Shown one piece after another: positions 26,161 to 40,170 of a stretch of 64,000 nucleotides of DNA. Origin of the DNA: Octopus bimaculoides (Eukaryota). The DNA lies in the NCBI RefSeq assembly GCF_001194135.2, contig NC_068987.1:68729677-68793676 (forward strand), read 5' to 3'. Every line of letters begins with the position of its first letter. Within the stretch, counting starts at the first letter, position 1. The translations under genes were made by a program, and so were the position numbers. A model generated the notes under the pieces. The model was given only the letters and a program-made list of their open reading frames with translations. It did no database searches and was not told the origin of the DNA.

Positions 26161-28177
26161 ATATGTATATGTCTCGCCATCGCGGAACAGTATATTATGC
26201 ACACACACACACGCACAAAAACATACACATACACACACACACACACACACGCACACACTTACACACCACACACATTCATGCATAAACCCATGCATGCTAC
26301 TTGCATACATATATATATATATAGTATTAGGAAATTATGTAGGAATGACTGAAAGAATGTTCAATGTCACTAATGCAAGCCTGTTGTCTTCTAGGAACTA
26401 AGAAATGAGCAACGATATAACTTCATCATCCTCAAGCTATAAGGAGATGCGAAAAGGCAAGAAAATTAGCAAGCAAAACAAACCCTACACCTATGGTTCC
26501 AAGGTCTCCGGCATTTGTGTGACAAATTTTTCATTTTAAATATTCTGTATATTAAGTGCTGAAAGTCAAACTCGCTCAAGGCACGATTTGAACTAGAAAT
26601 TAAGCATCTTGCAATTTTTACTAAAGATCACTACTTCCGCAATGTAATTGTCAATCACTGATACAGCAATCTGAAAATTCATCAGTCCCCAGGCCCTTAA
26701 AGTTATCAATCTGAACCCTAGTAGTCGATCTGAACCCTAGATTATATTTGATTACCCTACATCACCTTGAACTAATCTATTCATAATCATCTCCCATGAT
26801 TTTGTTCCATCATGAGCACGGTATTATTATTTTAAGCGTATGAACCAACGAATAAAACTCTATGCGATCGTTCTGCTTGCTAGAAATAGCGACTAAATTT
26901 CTTTTCAATGACACTTCGCAATGAAATGTAAGCATTTCAGTATGACCGTAAAAATAGAAAGTATGTGAAGGTTACAACTGAAACATCCCCAACCATATGA
27001 TCTGCTCATTCAAACCTAAACTGGGGCGAAAAATAAACTGAAAGACCAAAATAGAGAGTTGGTGATTACATCATAAAACCTCCGACAAACGGAATCCAAT
27101 GTTAGTATTTGTATTTCCAGTAAGATCCGTTTTTACTTTTTTTACAGCTGATTTACTGAAAGCCATGGAAAGTGTGAAAACTAAAATTTTCTAATTTTCC
27201 CTATCAATTTTAATTTTGTTAAAGAAAATTGAAAACTCATCGCTCCAGTTTTGTTTTCAAGCTTCTCCACTGGATATATTTGTGTATCTATCCTTAAGTT
27301 AGAAATAATAAATCTTCATCTTCTTTTCATGCTGTTAACGTTGCTTAATCTCAAATCTACCTCGATGGCGCAGACCTGTGTAAAAAAGTGTTCTAGCCTT
27401 GACACAATCCTCTTTTCCATTTTTTTTCCTTCAGATGGTTAGATGCAATTTGAGGGAGATTTAACACTTATTTCTAGTATTTTCGTACGACCTCTCAAAG
27501 TCTCCCTCGTTGACGCGTACAGATGTTTGTTATTAATTGAAACAACTGTTTGATGTTCTATCCATTGTCTGCAGTTAATCAGCTCCTATTTTCAGGTTCA
27601 CGCTTTTCTCTAGAACATTAAACGTGTATATGAAGTGAAAGAGTTTATAAAGATGAAATGGAATTAGACTATAGACCGTTCAATACCACCTCACCTACCT
27701 CTCTTCAGTTAAGTTAGACTACACACTATTCAACAGCAGTTCACTTTATACTCTCACAACTTGAAATTGTACAGGGAAATGTTGATGCCATACAACATAA
27801 ACACACACACTCGCACATATACACAACCACTCTCATACAAACACAGAGAAATTGAGAAAGGGTAAGAGAATGTGTATGTGAGAGTTCTCTAAGGTTGTAT
27901 GATACCCTCGGGTTGACAAAAATCAAGACTGGAACCTTTTATATTTCTTCCATCGCTTATTTTCTTCTTTTATCCAACAAATATCTGAAAAGACATCTAA
28001 CCAGAAAATAGCTGCCTGTTTGTGTCATTCTCAGCTTTCACCGAGAGACAGTGTCACAACAAGAGTATTCAGCATAAAATTTTGGCAGTGAAAAAAGAAC
28101 AAACAAACAAACAAAAAAAATGGCAAGACCTTACTTTGTCAAAACTTCCCAGAGGTGAAAAATCTTTAAAAAAAATG

Positions 28178-28191
28178 TAATAATAATAATG

Positions 28192-28276
<85 letters not shown>
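28178..28276. repeat. (AAT)n/(GAT) microsatellite
   Basis: Direct reading. Confidence 0.96.
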
Positions 28277-28279
<3 letters not shown>

Positions 28280-28877
28280 TGAGTGAGAAAAAAATTAAAG
28301 AAGAAAGAAAGAGATTGGATGAGAAAGAATTTATAAATGTATCATTGTTAGCTTGATATCAAAAGCTTTCGATTTTGAAGTTTTGGGAATGATGATTATG
28401 ATGATTATGATGATTATGATGGTGATTGGAGTAGAGGTTGTGTTGGCGGTGGTAGTAGTGATAATGATAATAGCAGAAGACAAGGGAAAATTTGGACTGG
28501 AGGTTGGCCAAAACGGTACAGCCTTGGATCTAATTGTCTGGTTTGGAAATCTCAAGTGAAATGATAACAACACAGTTTGGAGACATGACAAAAGAAAAGA
28601 AAGCTGACTGCGTCACTTCCTCTTTTCTTTTTCTTTATTCTTCCTTCCCCTGATTTTCTTTCTTTCTTTCTTTTTGTGTACGTGCGCACGCGTATGTGTG
28701 TGAGCGCGTGAAACCGTATAGATAAATGAGCAAGAGACAAGGTGATTGAAGACTGTCTTATGTCTTCAGGTGTGCAAGGCTTGCAAGTTAGACTACCTGG
28801 GAATTAGATGGCTGACAAATGCGAGCGTACGTATGTGCATACGTGCGTATGTGTGTATGGTGTGCACGCGCGCGTGT

Positions 28878-28915
<38 letters not shown>

Positions 28916-29171
28916 GTGTGTGTGTCTGAGTGAGTGAGTGGACAGAACGCGGGAAGAAAGAGTGAGAGGGAAGAGAATGAAATATAAAAACTATATAAAA
29001 AGAAATTACCATGTGTCATAGAAAGACTAAAACCTCGAAAAAAGAAACTGAATGAATGAAGAAACACTGATTCTGCAACCTCTGTGTGTGTGTGTGAGTG
29101 TGTGTATGTGTGTGTGTGTGTGTGCGCGCGTGCGCGCGTGCATGTGTGTGCGTGCGCGTGCGTGTGCATGT

Positions 29172-29494
<323 letters not shown>

Positions 29495-30001
29495 TGTGTA
29501 TGTTTCTATGTATGCATGTATGTATGTGTAACTAGAAACTATCATATGGACACGTACAAGCACGCGTATGTAAAAATGTATGCATATATGCAGAAATGAG
29601 AGCAGATTGTTGACATTGAGAGCGAATGCATGAGCCTGAAGAAAAAACTTTAGTTTGGCACAGAGAGAAAGTATTAGAGGGAGAGATTGGATGAGCGAAT
29701 GAACAATTGAGTGAGATGGGGAGTGGGGAGAATGTTAGGGTGAAAAATTGGCGAAAGAATAATAACGTAAGGAAAAGAAAGAAAAAAAGTAACAGAAAAC
29801 AGAAATAAGAAAAATAATATGGCAAAGTAAAGAGAAGAAAAATACGGTCAACAATCCCTTTGTAAAAAAAAATGTGGTTATAATAATAACAATAAAAATA
29901 TAAGAAATGATGCAAATGGGAACATAAGGTAGAAGGAAAAGAAAGGAAAAGGAAATAGAAATAACGACAGATAAGACACAAGTGAAATATGTGTGTGTGT
30001 A

Positions 30002-30047
<46 letters not shown>

Positions 30048-30839
30048 NNNNNNNNNNNNNNNNNNNNNNNNNNNNNNNNNNNNNNNNNNNNNNNNNNNNN
30101 NNNNNNNNNNNNNNNGAGAGTGGGAGAGAGAGGGAGAGAGAGGGAGAGAGAGGGAGAGAGAGATAGAGCTAAGCTGCAAATGCTACAATCAATAACTGAA
30201 AATTTGCTGTCAAGTCCAAGGGAAAAGTTGGCGAACCAGCTGAGCTGTTAAACAAACCGGTCGTGTCGGCAGAAGATAAGTGTCGACGTATAGCTTGGTA
30301 AGGTCAGAGTGAGAGAAAGAGATAGAAAGGGAAAGAAGACGGAGAAGCAAGTAGAGAGAAAGTATATGGGAAACAGAGACTGAGTAGAGAGAGAAAGAAA
30401 GAGAAAGAGAGAGGGGGAGGAAAGAACAGAAAGAAAGTATATTGAGATGTAACATAAGAGAGCTTCGAAGAAACCTGAAGAGGGTGAGACAAAGAGAGAG
30501 CGACAGACAGACAGACAGAGATAGAGAGTGTTTTGTGGTAAGGAAGAGAGAGAGGTTAAAAGTGGATAATAGTTGTTTGTCAGTTCACATCGACTTACAT
30601 GAAGATATTGATTTATTTTGACTGAGTAAAATATCAGCCTTTTATCAGAGACATAATCAATTAAATATAAACCACAATATATTACTGGTAGGAATTTTGG
30701 AACATTTAAAAAAAATTAAGTGATTCAAGGACAATTTGAACAATAAATGTTATTGAAGTGTAAAACACTTGCCTTTCTCCATTATCTTTATTCCTAACGG
30801 GGATGGCTGCATCCCAGGTTAATTTTTCGCTAACTAGTT

Positions 30840-31108
30840 GGGTAAAAGGGTAAAGCCCCCTTCAGTCATAAAGGGTAAAGGCCCCCTTCAGTGTCCCTCC
30901 GAGGTGCAAGTCCGGAAATCCATGCATGCCAGGCTCTCGTCTCCACACAACCGTTGTTATCCAAGGGGAAGGCAAATGCCAATACAACTTCGCACCATCG
31001 ATTTTGCAACTCATTTCTACAGTTGAGTGAACTCGAGCAACGTGAAATAAAGTGTCTTACTTAGGAATACAACACAACCACATGGTGCTCTAACTATTGA
31101 GCCGTGCG
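30840..31108 (-). mobile_element. tRNA-derived SINE S3d (head H2, CORE-like C2, tail T3), internally deleted head
   Basis: Reverse complement matches 38124-38447 (aagacactttatttcacgttgctc..., tttgccttccccttggataac, ggacttgcacctcggaggg, tttaccc tail). Confidence 0.8.
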
Positions 31109-31524
31109 TGGATTAAGTAATTGAATTTTCACCACTGTAGTACTGCTAATTGTATCATTCCTATGATAGGTTAAATCATTAGCAGCTTGATGTGAAGTTA
31201 GATGATGAAAAGATCCACTGTGTAAATTTAATACCTTCGCAGAAGGCTAACATGTCTTGTTATCAAAGTACGAGTCTATTTGGAGTTGAGTCTATTTGTG
31301 GTCGCATCTCTTTGTGGTCGAGTCTATTTGAGGTCGAGTCAGTGTGATATCTCCCATTATTTTGTAAAGAAGGTTAAGTAACGTAAGCGGAATATCATTT
31401 TCAACTGATAAATATATTGAAATCACGTCTCAGTCTCGGCTTTTTAAATAAAAAACGGAATTGAAATCAGAAGTGAAATCAAGGCATGAATCTTGAGTGT
31501 GCATAATTCACATGTACTCAACAA

Positions 31525-31980
31525 GCGTAGCTGTGCAGTAAGAATCTTGGTTCCCAAGCCCATGGTTCTAAGTTTAGCCCGACTGCGTGGTACCTTGAGT
31601 ATGGGTCCTCTACTATAACCACAAGCAGACCAAAGCATTGTGAGCAGATGTAGCAGATGGAAACTAAAGAAGCCCATCGTAGACACACACACACACACAC
31701 ACATGTATATGTGTGTGTTTGTATATGTGTCTGTATATATGTGTGACTATGTGTTTGTAGCACTGTGTGTATTTTTTGTGTCAGTGTTTGTCTCCCAGAT
31801 GCACTTGACAACCAATGTTTGTTTACGTTCCCGTAACTTAGCGGTTCGGCAAAAACTTTACCGATAAAGTAAGTACTCGGCTTAAAAAAACGTAAGTACT
31901 GGGATCGCTTATTTCGACTGAGCCTTTCAAGTCGATGCTCCAGCATGGCAACAGTCTTATGACTGAAACAAGTAAAAGAT
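31525..31980 (+). mobile_element. Complete SINE family S2: tRNA head, core, internal (CA)/(TG) microsatellite, 3' module ending aacaagtaaaag
   Basis: 5' module at 31525-31685 (ctgcgtggtaccttgag...gatggaaactaaagaagcccatcg) and 3' module at 31778-31980 are colinear. Confidence 0.8.
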
Positions 31981-32609
31981 ATTTTTAAAAAAGAGAAGAA
32001 ATAAAAGAAAGACGGTCTCCACTCGGTTGCTTGACTGGTTAGGATTAACAGTTAAATCTCCCTAAACTCCTTAAAATCACGCTCTGTTGTCTTTATAAAG
32101 GAATGATATATTGGACCATATAGTCCTAGATTTATAAAGGGAAGAAAAACAATAAAAAGGTAAACAAGGACATGATAGTTATATCATGAACATCTTTTAT
32201 TATTGATGTGCCCACTCAAGACATGAATGGGCAAAATAGAAACAAAAAGCAAAAAGACAGCAACAACAGCTCAACACTGCAAGATTTAGCCCGGCTCATT
32301 CAAAATATAAATGGATGTTGAGCACGGTTAAGAAGTCAATATCTACAAACTCGATCTCAAGAATGCATACACCGCTTCAGATCTGGAATTTGAACAGATG
32401 AACCTGACCTTAAAACCTTTATAGAGACAGTGTTGTATACGTTATACGTCCAACGTGTGTGAGGAGTAGGCAAAAAAAAGGAGAAAACCAGAGTGTGGTA
32501 GGAGAAAAGAGATAGAGAGACGGTTAGGCATACTGAAAGAAGAACGAATAAGTGAAGTAGAGTACTTGAGAGATATTTTCTGAAGATTTTACATATATAG
32601 AGAGGTGCA

Positions 32610-32614
<5 letters not shown>

Positions 32615-32690
<76 letters not shown>
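32615..32690. repeat. (GA)n microsatellite
   Basis: Direct reading. Confidence 0.97.
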
Positions 32691-32698
<8 letters not shown>

Positions 32699-32895
32699 AG
32701 AGAGACAGACAGAAAAGGAGTATTACCCTGAGGAAGACAAACGGAGAAAGAGAGAGAGACGATGTATCAAATGATTGGTTTATTAAGACATCATAGATGT
32801 GAGTGCATGTGTTTGTGTGTATGTATATTCGTATGCGTGTGTGTGTGTGTATGTTTATAGATGTGGAACTGAAATGCGAAAAAAGACAAGAAGCC

Positions 32896-32929
<34 letters not shown>

Positions 32930-33967
32930 TATATATACATATNNNNNNNNNNNNNNNNNNNNNNNNNNNNNNNNNNNNNNNNNNNNNNNNNNNNNNNNNN
33001 NNNNNNNNNNNNNNNNNNNNNNNNNNNNNNNNNNNNNNNNNNNNNNNNNNNNNNNNNNNNNNNNNNNNNNNNNNNNNNNNNNNNNNNNNNNNNNNNNNNN
33101 NNNNNNNNNNNNNNNNNNNNNNNNNNNNNNNNNNNNNNNNNNNNNNNNNNNNNNNNNNNNNNNNNNNNNNNNNNNNNNNNNNNNNNNNNNNNNNNNNNNN
33201 NNNNNNNNNNNNNNNNNNNNNNNNNNNNNNNNNNNNNNNNNNNNNNNNNNNNNNNNNNNNNNNNNNNNNNNNNNNNNNNNNNNNNNNNNNNNNNNNNNNN
33301 NNNNNNNNNNNNNNNNNNNNNNNNNNNNNNNNNNNNNNNNNNNNNNNNNNNNNNNNNNNNNNNNNNNNNNNNNNNNNNNNNNNNNNNNNNNNNNNNNNNN
33401 NNNNNNNNNNNNNNNNNNNNNNNNNNNNNNNNNNNNNNNNNNNNNNNNNNNNNNNNNNNNNNNNNNNNNNNNNNNNNNNNNNNNNNNNNNNNNNNNNNNN
33501 NNNNNNNNNNNNNNNNNNNNNNNNNNNNNNNNNNNNNNNNNNNNNNNNNNNNNNNNNNNNNNNNNNNNNNNNNNNNNNNNNNNNNNNNNNNNNNNNNNNN
33601 NNNNNNNNNNNNNNNNNNNNNNNNNNNNNNNNNNNNNNNNNNNNNNNNNNNNNNNNNNNNNNNNNNNNNNNNNNNNNNNNNNNNNNNNNNNNNNNNNNNN
33701 NNNNNNNNNNNNNNNNNNNNNNNNNNNNNNNNNNNNNNNNNNNNNNNNNNNNNNNNNNNNNNNNNNNNNNNNNNNNNNNNNNNNNNNNNNNNNNNNNNNN
33801 NNNNNNNNNNNNNNNNNNNNNNNNNNNNNNNNNNNNNNNNNNNNNNNNNNNNNNNNNNNNNNNNNNNNNNNNNNNNNNNNGTATTTGTGTGGAAAATGAA
33901 AGAGAAAGATATTGATAGCTAGAGGGAACGAATTGGTCGAAAGGAAAGAAACAAATAAAGATAAAGA

Positions 33968-34294
<327 letters not shown>

Positions 34295-35304
34295 CGTGCG
34301 TGTGTGTGTGTGTGTCTGCGTGTGCGTGTGTGAATGTATGTATATGAGAAAGAAAGAAAGAATGAAAGAAAGGAAGTAAGAACTACAAAAGGAAAAACCG
34401 AAGTCAAGAGCTGCACACAAAATCCAACAATTCTGTGACATTACCATTTCCTACTTTCCTTTGTCTCACCAGTTTATCCTTCTATCCGCCTCTTCCTCGA
34501 GCTTTTCATTGGCCAATCACTGATTAGCTGACCAAATAAAACTACCGTTGATTTCAGTGGACATATTGGCGTTTGTTTGAACTTGAATTCAACCTTCAAT
34601 AATATCATCAGAAGTGATGGCAGTTCAGCAGTCAACTGATATTGTACGCTTTTCCCCACAGTACAAACTCTACTGTTGAAATATCCTGCTGTCAATTTTC
34701 CATAATATCTCCACAGGTTCTTGGGCATCATGATATCCAGTAACAATGGTCACTTATGTTGAGCGTCCAACACAATCACCACAAAACTTTACCACATATA
34801 TGTATAATTCTATAAACGCATACAAAAACATACACACACACATAAGCATTCACACACACACACACATACACACATCTATATATATGCATGCATACACACA
34901 TACATATATGTTTATATGAATATACACACACGTATATATATATATATATATATATATATTCATGTGTGTGTAAATATATATAAATATATATGTATACACA
35001 CATACGTTAATAAAACATATACATATGTGTAAGCTCAGGCAAGCACGTATATATATATACACATACACTCATACAGATTCACACGCATATACACGTACAC
35101 ACACACACACTGACATACATATACAGATTAATAGATAGACAAACGGACAGACAGACATAAATATTCATGCACATACATGAATAGGTAATACGTAAAATAT
35201 TTCAGTCTCTGCATATGTGTATGCGTGTGTGCATGTACGCAGTGCACCTCGCGAGTATATATATATATATATGCATAAATACATACACATATATACACAT
35301 ACAC

Positions 35305-35336
<32 letters not shown>

Positions 35337-35337
35337 A

Positions 35338-35368
<31 letters not shown>

Positions 35369-37969
35369 NNNNNNNNNNNNNNNNNNNNNNNNNNNNNNNN
35401 NNNNNNNNNNNNNNNNNNNNNNNNNNNNNNNNNNATATGTATGTATGTATGTATATATTCACGTTGTTGATGTTTTGCAAGATAAATTAAAGGAAAAGAT
35501 TTGATCTTCGTTTACATGCTTTTCATCTAACATTAAAGATTGTTCCTTAACCCCAGATGAAAACAATAAAAACTAGTAAATAACGATATAAGAATGCTAA
35601 CCAGCTACCAAATAGATAAGAAAAGAAACGGACTATTATTGCCGTGTTATTGCTATGTTCATATTACATATCTAAAAATGTTATTTTATAAAGGAAATTG
35701 ATGCAGGACTCTGAATAACAAATGGTATATTATCAAAGAAATTCAACGTTGCAAAAGTGCTAATGCAGCATCTCAACTGATCTTATTTTTAAAAATCCGA
35801 TATGTTGTAATACTTCCAGTTCCGGTGACGATCTGTGAGTTAATTGCGTGAATTACTCCGTTATAATTTACGAAATAAAATTTACTTTGTGGTGCAACTT
35901 TCAGAAAATTTGAGATCATTCATTTAAATAGTTGGTTTAATTAGTTGAATTTGCTGAGATATACTAGTTCCCTGTGTTCATAATTGACAGTGGCAGGATG
36001 ACTTTACTCAAGACTTCCTATAATTCACAACAGTCTAGTTATTGTTAAAATTATCCGTACCATTATCTTTCAGTTTCCATTCACAACTACAGAGAACGGT
36101 CGCATTTGTTTTAACTCTATTCTGAGTCATGTAACAATTTTTAAGTCGTCTGCTTTCATTCTAATGTAATGTTTGGTCGAAAAAGACTTATACAATTGCT
36201 AAGTTTTTATTTACTGCTGTTTTGCATAATTTCCTCTGTTAACTTAATAATCGCTATTCACTGTGCTGCACCATAACTCACTCTTAACCAGCATATAATT
36301 CCCTTGTTTACATTAATATCTCAACATTGGACTCAAGTGAGAAGTCCAGCTGGTTGCTTACTGTGCGCCACAATCATCGCCGAACGCTGGAGATATAGCC
36401 ATAACATTTGACATACTTTTTGTTACTGAGGTGCCATTTGAGGACCGCTGTTTTGGCATGACATTTACATTCATGGAATAGTAGTCAATTTTACTCTTAT
36501 ATTGTCATAAATAAACGTACTCTTTTGTAAGCATCGAGTCCTCTTTACTTCACCTTTCATTTTTTGTGTTAGAAATGGCGGTGGATTATAGATAATGTTA
36601 GAAAGTTTAACAAAATAGCTCATGGGTTACATTCCAGAATGTTATGCACCCTGGTGGCACCATACATCTATATAATGCACATAATATACATACTTAAAGA
36701 CACACTCTATTTGTGTACTGTGTATGTCTGTGTGTATATTTTATAGTAAGTATAGCACAACCAAAGGTATGTAAGCAACCAGTGGTTTCATGTATGAAGA
36801 TAAGGTCTATCTGGTGTCCTAGAACCTCCTGAGAGATTCAAAAGTTCTTCAGACTAAAGAATGGCTAAATTGGCTTAGTGAAGGATCTAAGATCTTAGGT
36901 ACCCATCTTATGCAGATAACAAATGCTTGTCAGTGTATACGTGGCTGCGTTGTACCTTTTATACATTAACTGTTTTTCTACTTCATGAAAATTGAGTTAT
37001 TTTATTATTTGTTGACTTATATAACGCAACACATGCATGCATACGTACATATATGCAAACATACATTAAAAACGTGTGTGTGAGTACATAATTGTTTTGA
37101 ATATGTATATGTTTCTTTCCCCTAACACAATACCGATGCGTAGATATTTTACTCATCGAACTTACATCTGCACAGTAGTAAACTCAGGCTCTCTTTCCAA
37201 GTTTTAATTGCATATACATCTATTTAGGCGGTGCACAAACACGTGCACGCGCAAAAACGCACGCACATACACAAACACATATGCAACACATACATGCACG
37301 CGTGTGCACCCGACCCTAATCACATAGTCACGTTCTATATTACTTAATAGATTTCATGGTCGTTTCACACAAGCACATCTTTGTACCAATGATGTATGAT
37401 GATGATCTCAGAGCGATATCTATAGAAGACAAAACCGAGACGGGAAATGATTGGTAGAATGAAATGGACGAAGAGAAGGAATGTGACTGAGTTGATTATG
37501 TCTGTTAGTCGTCAGAATACCGAAGCACATAGTTGTTATGTGGTAGACACAGACCAATGAAGCAAAGCTACATCTTTTCAAGGGATTGTCATTGGTCAAA
37601 GATGAGAAGATGGCAGAATAACGAAAATACTCGACACACTACTTAACAATTCTTTCTGTTCCTCTTTCCTGCATTATCTCACTGTCTCTCTCAACCTAAT
37701 ATCAAAACGACAATGATAAATACACCAGTGTCTATATCTATAACTATCTCTAAACCTATATCTTTGTGTAACAGAGATATTTCACCTACGCGTCTACATA
37801 TTAATGTATACGCATAAAATACACCTATTCTCATTTCTCATACAGATATAAATATGTGTATGTACATATAATTAAACTTAAATATACATGTAGAGATATA
37901 AATATTCGTATGTGAGCATACGTATAATTATAATACTGTTGATTATGATTGTTATACACAAATACAGTG

Positions 37970-38100
37970 CTAGAGTGCTAGAGAATTTCGCTACACAACC
38001 ACAAGGAATCGGATTCGAGTGCCTTTTACCATAACTTCGGGTGGAACCAAAATTTGTATAGGAATCTGAGTAAACGGAAACTGTGTAGAAGCCCGTCGAG
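37970..38100 (+). mobile_element. Highly decayed SINE S2 5' module
   Basis: Ends with gtaaacggaaactgtgtagaagcccgtcg, the S2 core terminus. Confidence 0.55.
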
Positions 38101-38123
38101 TTGACTGTATCTGCAAATTCAAA

Positions 38124-38447
38124 GGATTGGCTCACTGGTTAGAGTGTCGGGCTCACAATAATGGGATAGTGAATTCGATTCCCGGACCGGGCTGTGTATT
38201 GGACTCTTGAGAAAGACACTTTATTTCACATTGCTCCACTTCACACAGCTGTAGAAACGCGTTGCGACGTCACTGATGTCAAGTTGTATAGACTTTTGCC
38301 TTTCCCTTGGATAACATTGGTGGCGTGGTGAAGGGAGGCTGATATGCATAACCAACCTTGCCCGGACTTGTGCCTCGGAGAGTAACTTTCTAGGTAGTAA
38401 TCCCATGGTCAACCATGACCGAAGAGTGTCTTTGTCCTTTACCCTTT
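38124..38447 (+). mobile_element. tRNA-derived SINE S3d (H2, C2, T3)
   Basis: A-box-like tggctcactggttag, B-box-like gaattcgattccc, central ttgagaaagacactttatttcacattgctcc, and tail cctttacccttt. Confidence 0.85.
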
Positions 38448-39703
38448 AAACGAATATGCTTCTATCAATGTCTATACACACGCATTTGCATACAAATATA
38501 AAGATACACATATGTATATGCAAACATACATATACGAACATATATATCTATCCGAACGTTTTAATGCCCTCTATTGCATTTTTGTTCCATTTATATATAT
38601 ATATATATATATNNNNNNNNNNNNNNNNNNNNNNNNNNNNNNNNNNNNNNNNNNNNNNNNNNNNNNNNNNNNNNNNNNNNNNNNNNNNNNNNNNNNNNNN
38701 NNNNNNNNNNNNNNNNNNNNNNNNNNNNNNNNNNNNNNNNNNNNNNNNNNNNNNNNNNNNNNNNNNNNNNNNNNNNNNNNNNNNNNNNNNNNNNNNNNNN
38801 NNNNNNNNNNNNNNNNNNNNNNNNNNNNNNNNNNNNNNNNNNNNNNNNNNNNNNNNNNNNNNNNNNNNNNNNNNNNNNNNNNNNNNNNNNNNNNNNNNNN
38901 NNNNNNNNNNNNNNNNNNNNNNNNNNNNNNNNNNNNNNNNNNNNNNNNNNNNNNNNNNNNNNNNNNNNNNNNNNNNNNNNNNNNNNNNNNNNNNNNNNNN
39001 NNNNNNNNNNNNNNNNNNNNNNNNNNNNNNNNNNNNNNNNNNNNNNNNNNNNNNNNNNNNNNNNNNNNNNNNNNNNNNNNNNNNNNNNNNNNNNNNNNNN
39101 NNNNNNNNNNNNNNNNNNNNNNNNNNNNNNNNNNNNNNNNNNNNNNNNNNNNNNNNNNNNNNNNNNNNNNNNNNNNNNNNNNNNNNNNNATGCTACCTCA
39201 GTCCCTCATTCGTGTAGACAATTGTTTAGTTCTGCTAGCAAGGTTCAGGTTTAAAGTATAGTGGTAGGGGGGTAAAAATTTCATATTTGTCGTTAACGGT
39301 GGGTCATTAAAAAAAAGGGGGGGGGGAAAGAAGACGAAAAGACGAACCAACAGCTGTCTTTATTTCCACTAACTTCTTTGTTGTACAGTCGTCACGACAT
39401 AAAATAAAGGCCAGATGACGTTTGGCGTTCAGTATATCTTTCTGCTGTAATTTTGTCTTCTCACAGAGGATGGCAATTCAGTTTGCATAATTTTAAGCTG
39501 CTTTTAAAACCAACCGCTTCTGGTTGTTGGTGTTCTTGTTGTTGGAAGTGGTTGTTTGTTGCTGTCTGCTTTTGCTGAACTTCAGCCTTATTTAAGCTGA
39601 CCTTTATTCAGCAACGTACATCTCATTGAGGCTTACATTGTTCATTCAGTATGCTATTTCTTCATGACAGTAGAGTATTTCGAGGGAGAGTTTCTTAGCT
39701 ATT

Positions 39704-39862
39704 GCGGCAATGTGGTTGAGAAGTTCACCTTGCAGCTCTGTGAGCTTTCGGTTTCAGTCCAAGTGTGAGAGATCTTGTGCAAGTGTTTTCTACTATAGAC
39801 CCGGGCTAACCGATGCCTCGCAAATGAATTTTGTAAATTGAAACTCCGTGGAATAGTTTCGT
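39704..39862 (+). mobile_element. Decayed SINE S2 5' module followed by (TG)n
   Basis: ggtttcagtcc...tcttgtgcaagtgttttctactatagacccgggctaacc matches the S2 core. Confidence 0.65.
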
Positions 39863-39994
39863 GTGTGTGTGTGTGTGTGTGTGTGTTTATAATGTATTTT
39901 ATTGTGATCTGCGAGCCTAAAGAGTCCTCACTACTCTATGCAGTCTATTCGTGGAGAATCAGTATAGGCATGGTACAACAGTTTTACTTGTTAT

Positions 39995-40019
39995 GAAATT
40001 ATTATCATTATTATTATTA

Positions 40020-40066
<47 letters not shown>

Positions 40067-40115
40067 AGTAGTGGTGGTGGTGATAGAGACGGCGGTGGCG
40101 ATGGTGGTGGTGGTG

Positions 40116-40161
<46 letters not shown>

Positions 40162-40170
40162 CAGCAGCAG
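39995..40170. repeat. Compound (TTA)/(GGT)/(GTA)/(GCA) array
   Basis: Direct reading. Confidence 0.94.

Noticed and set aside
26398-26436. Minus-strand branch point, polypyrimidine tract and AG, followed by LEDDEVISLLIS*
   Set aside because: The splice signal alone is common in AT-rich DNA, and there is no homology evidence.
27148-27194. Strong acceptor followed by DLLKAMESVKTKIF* (possible terminal exon)
   Set aside because: The peptide is too short to recognise and there is no linked upstream exon.
34474-34746. 90-aa non-repetitive minus-strand ORF
   Set aside because: It has no recognisable motif and a non-ATG start, and its length is within chance expectation.
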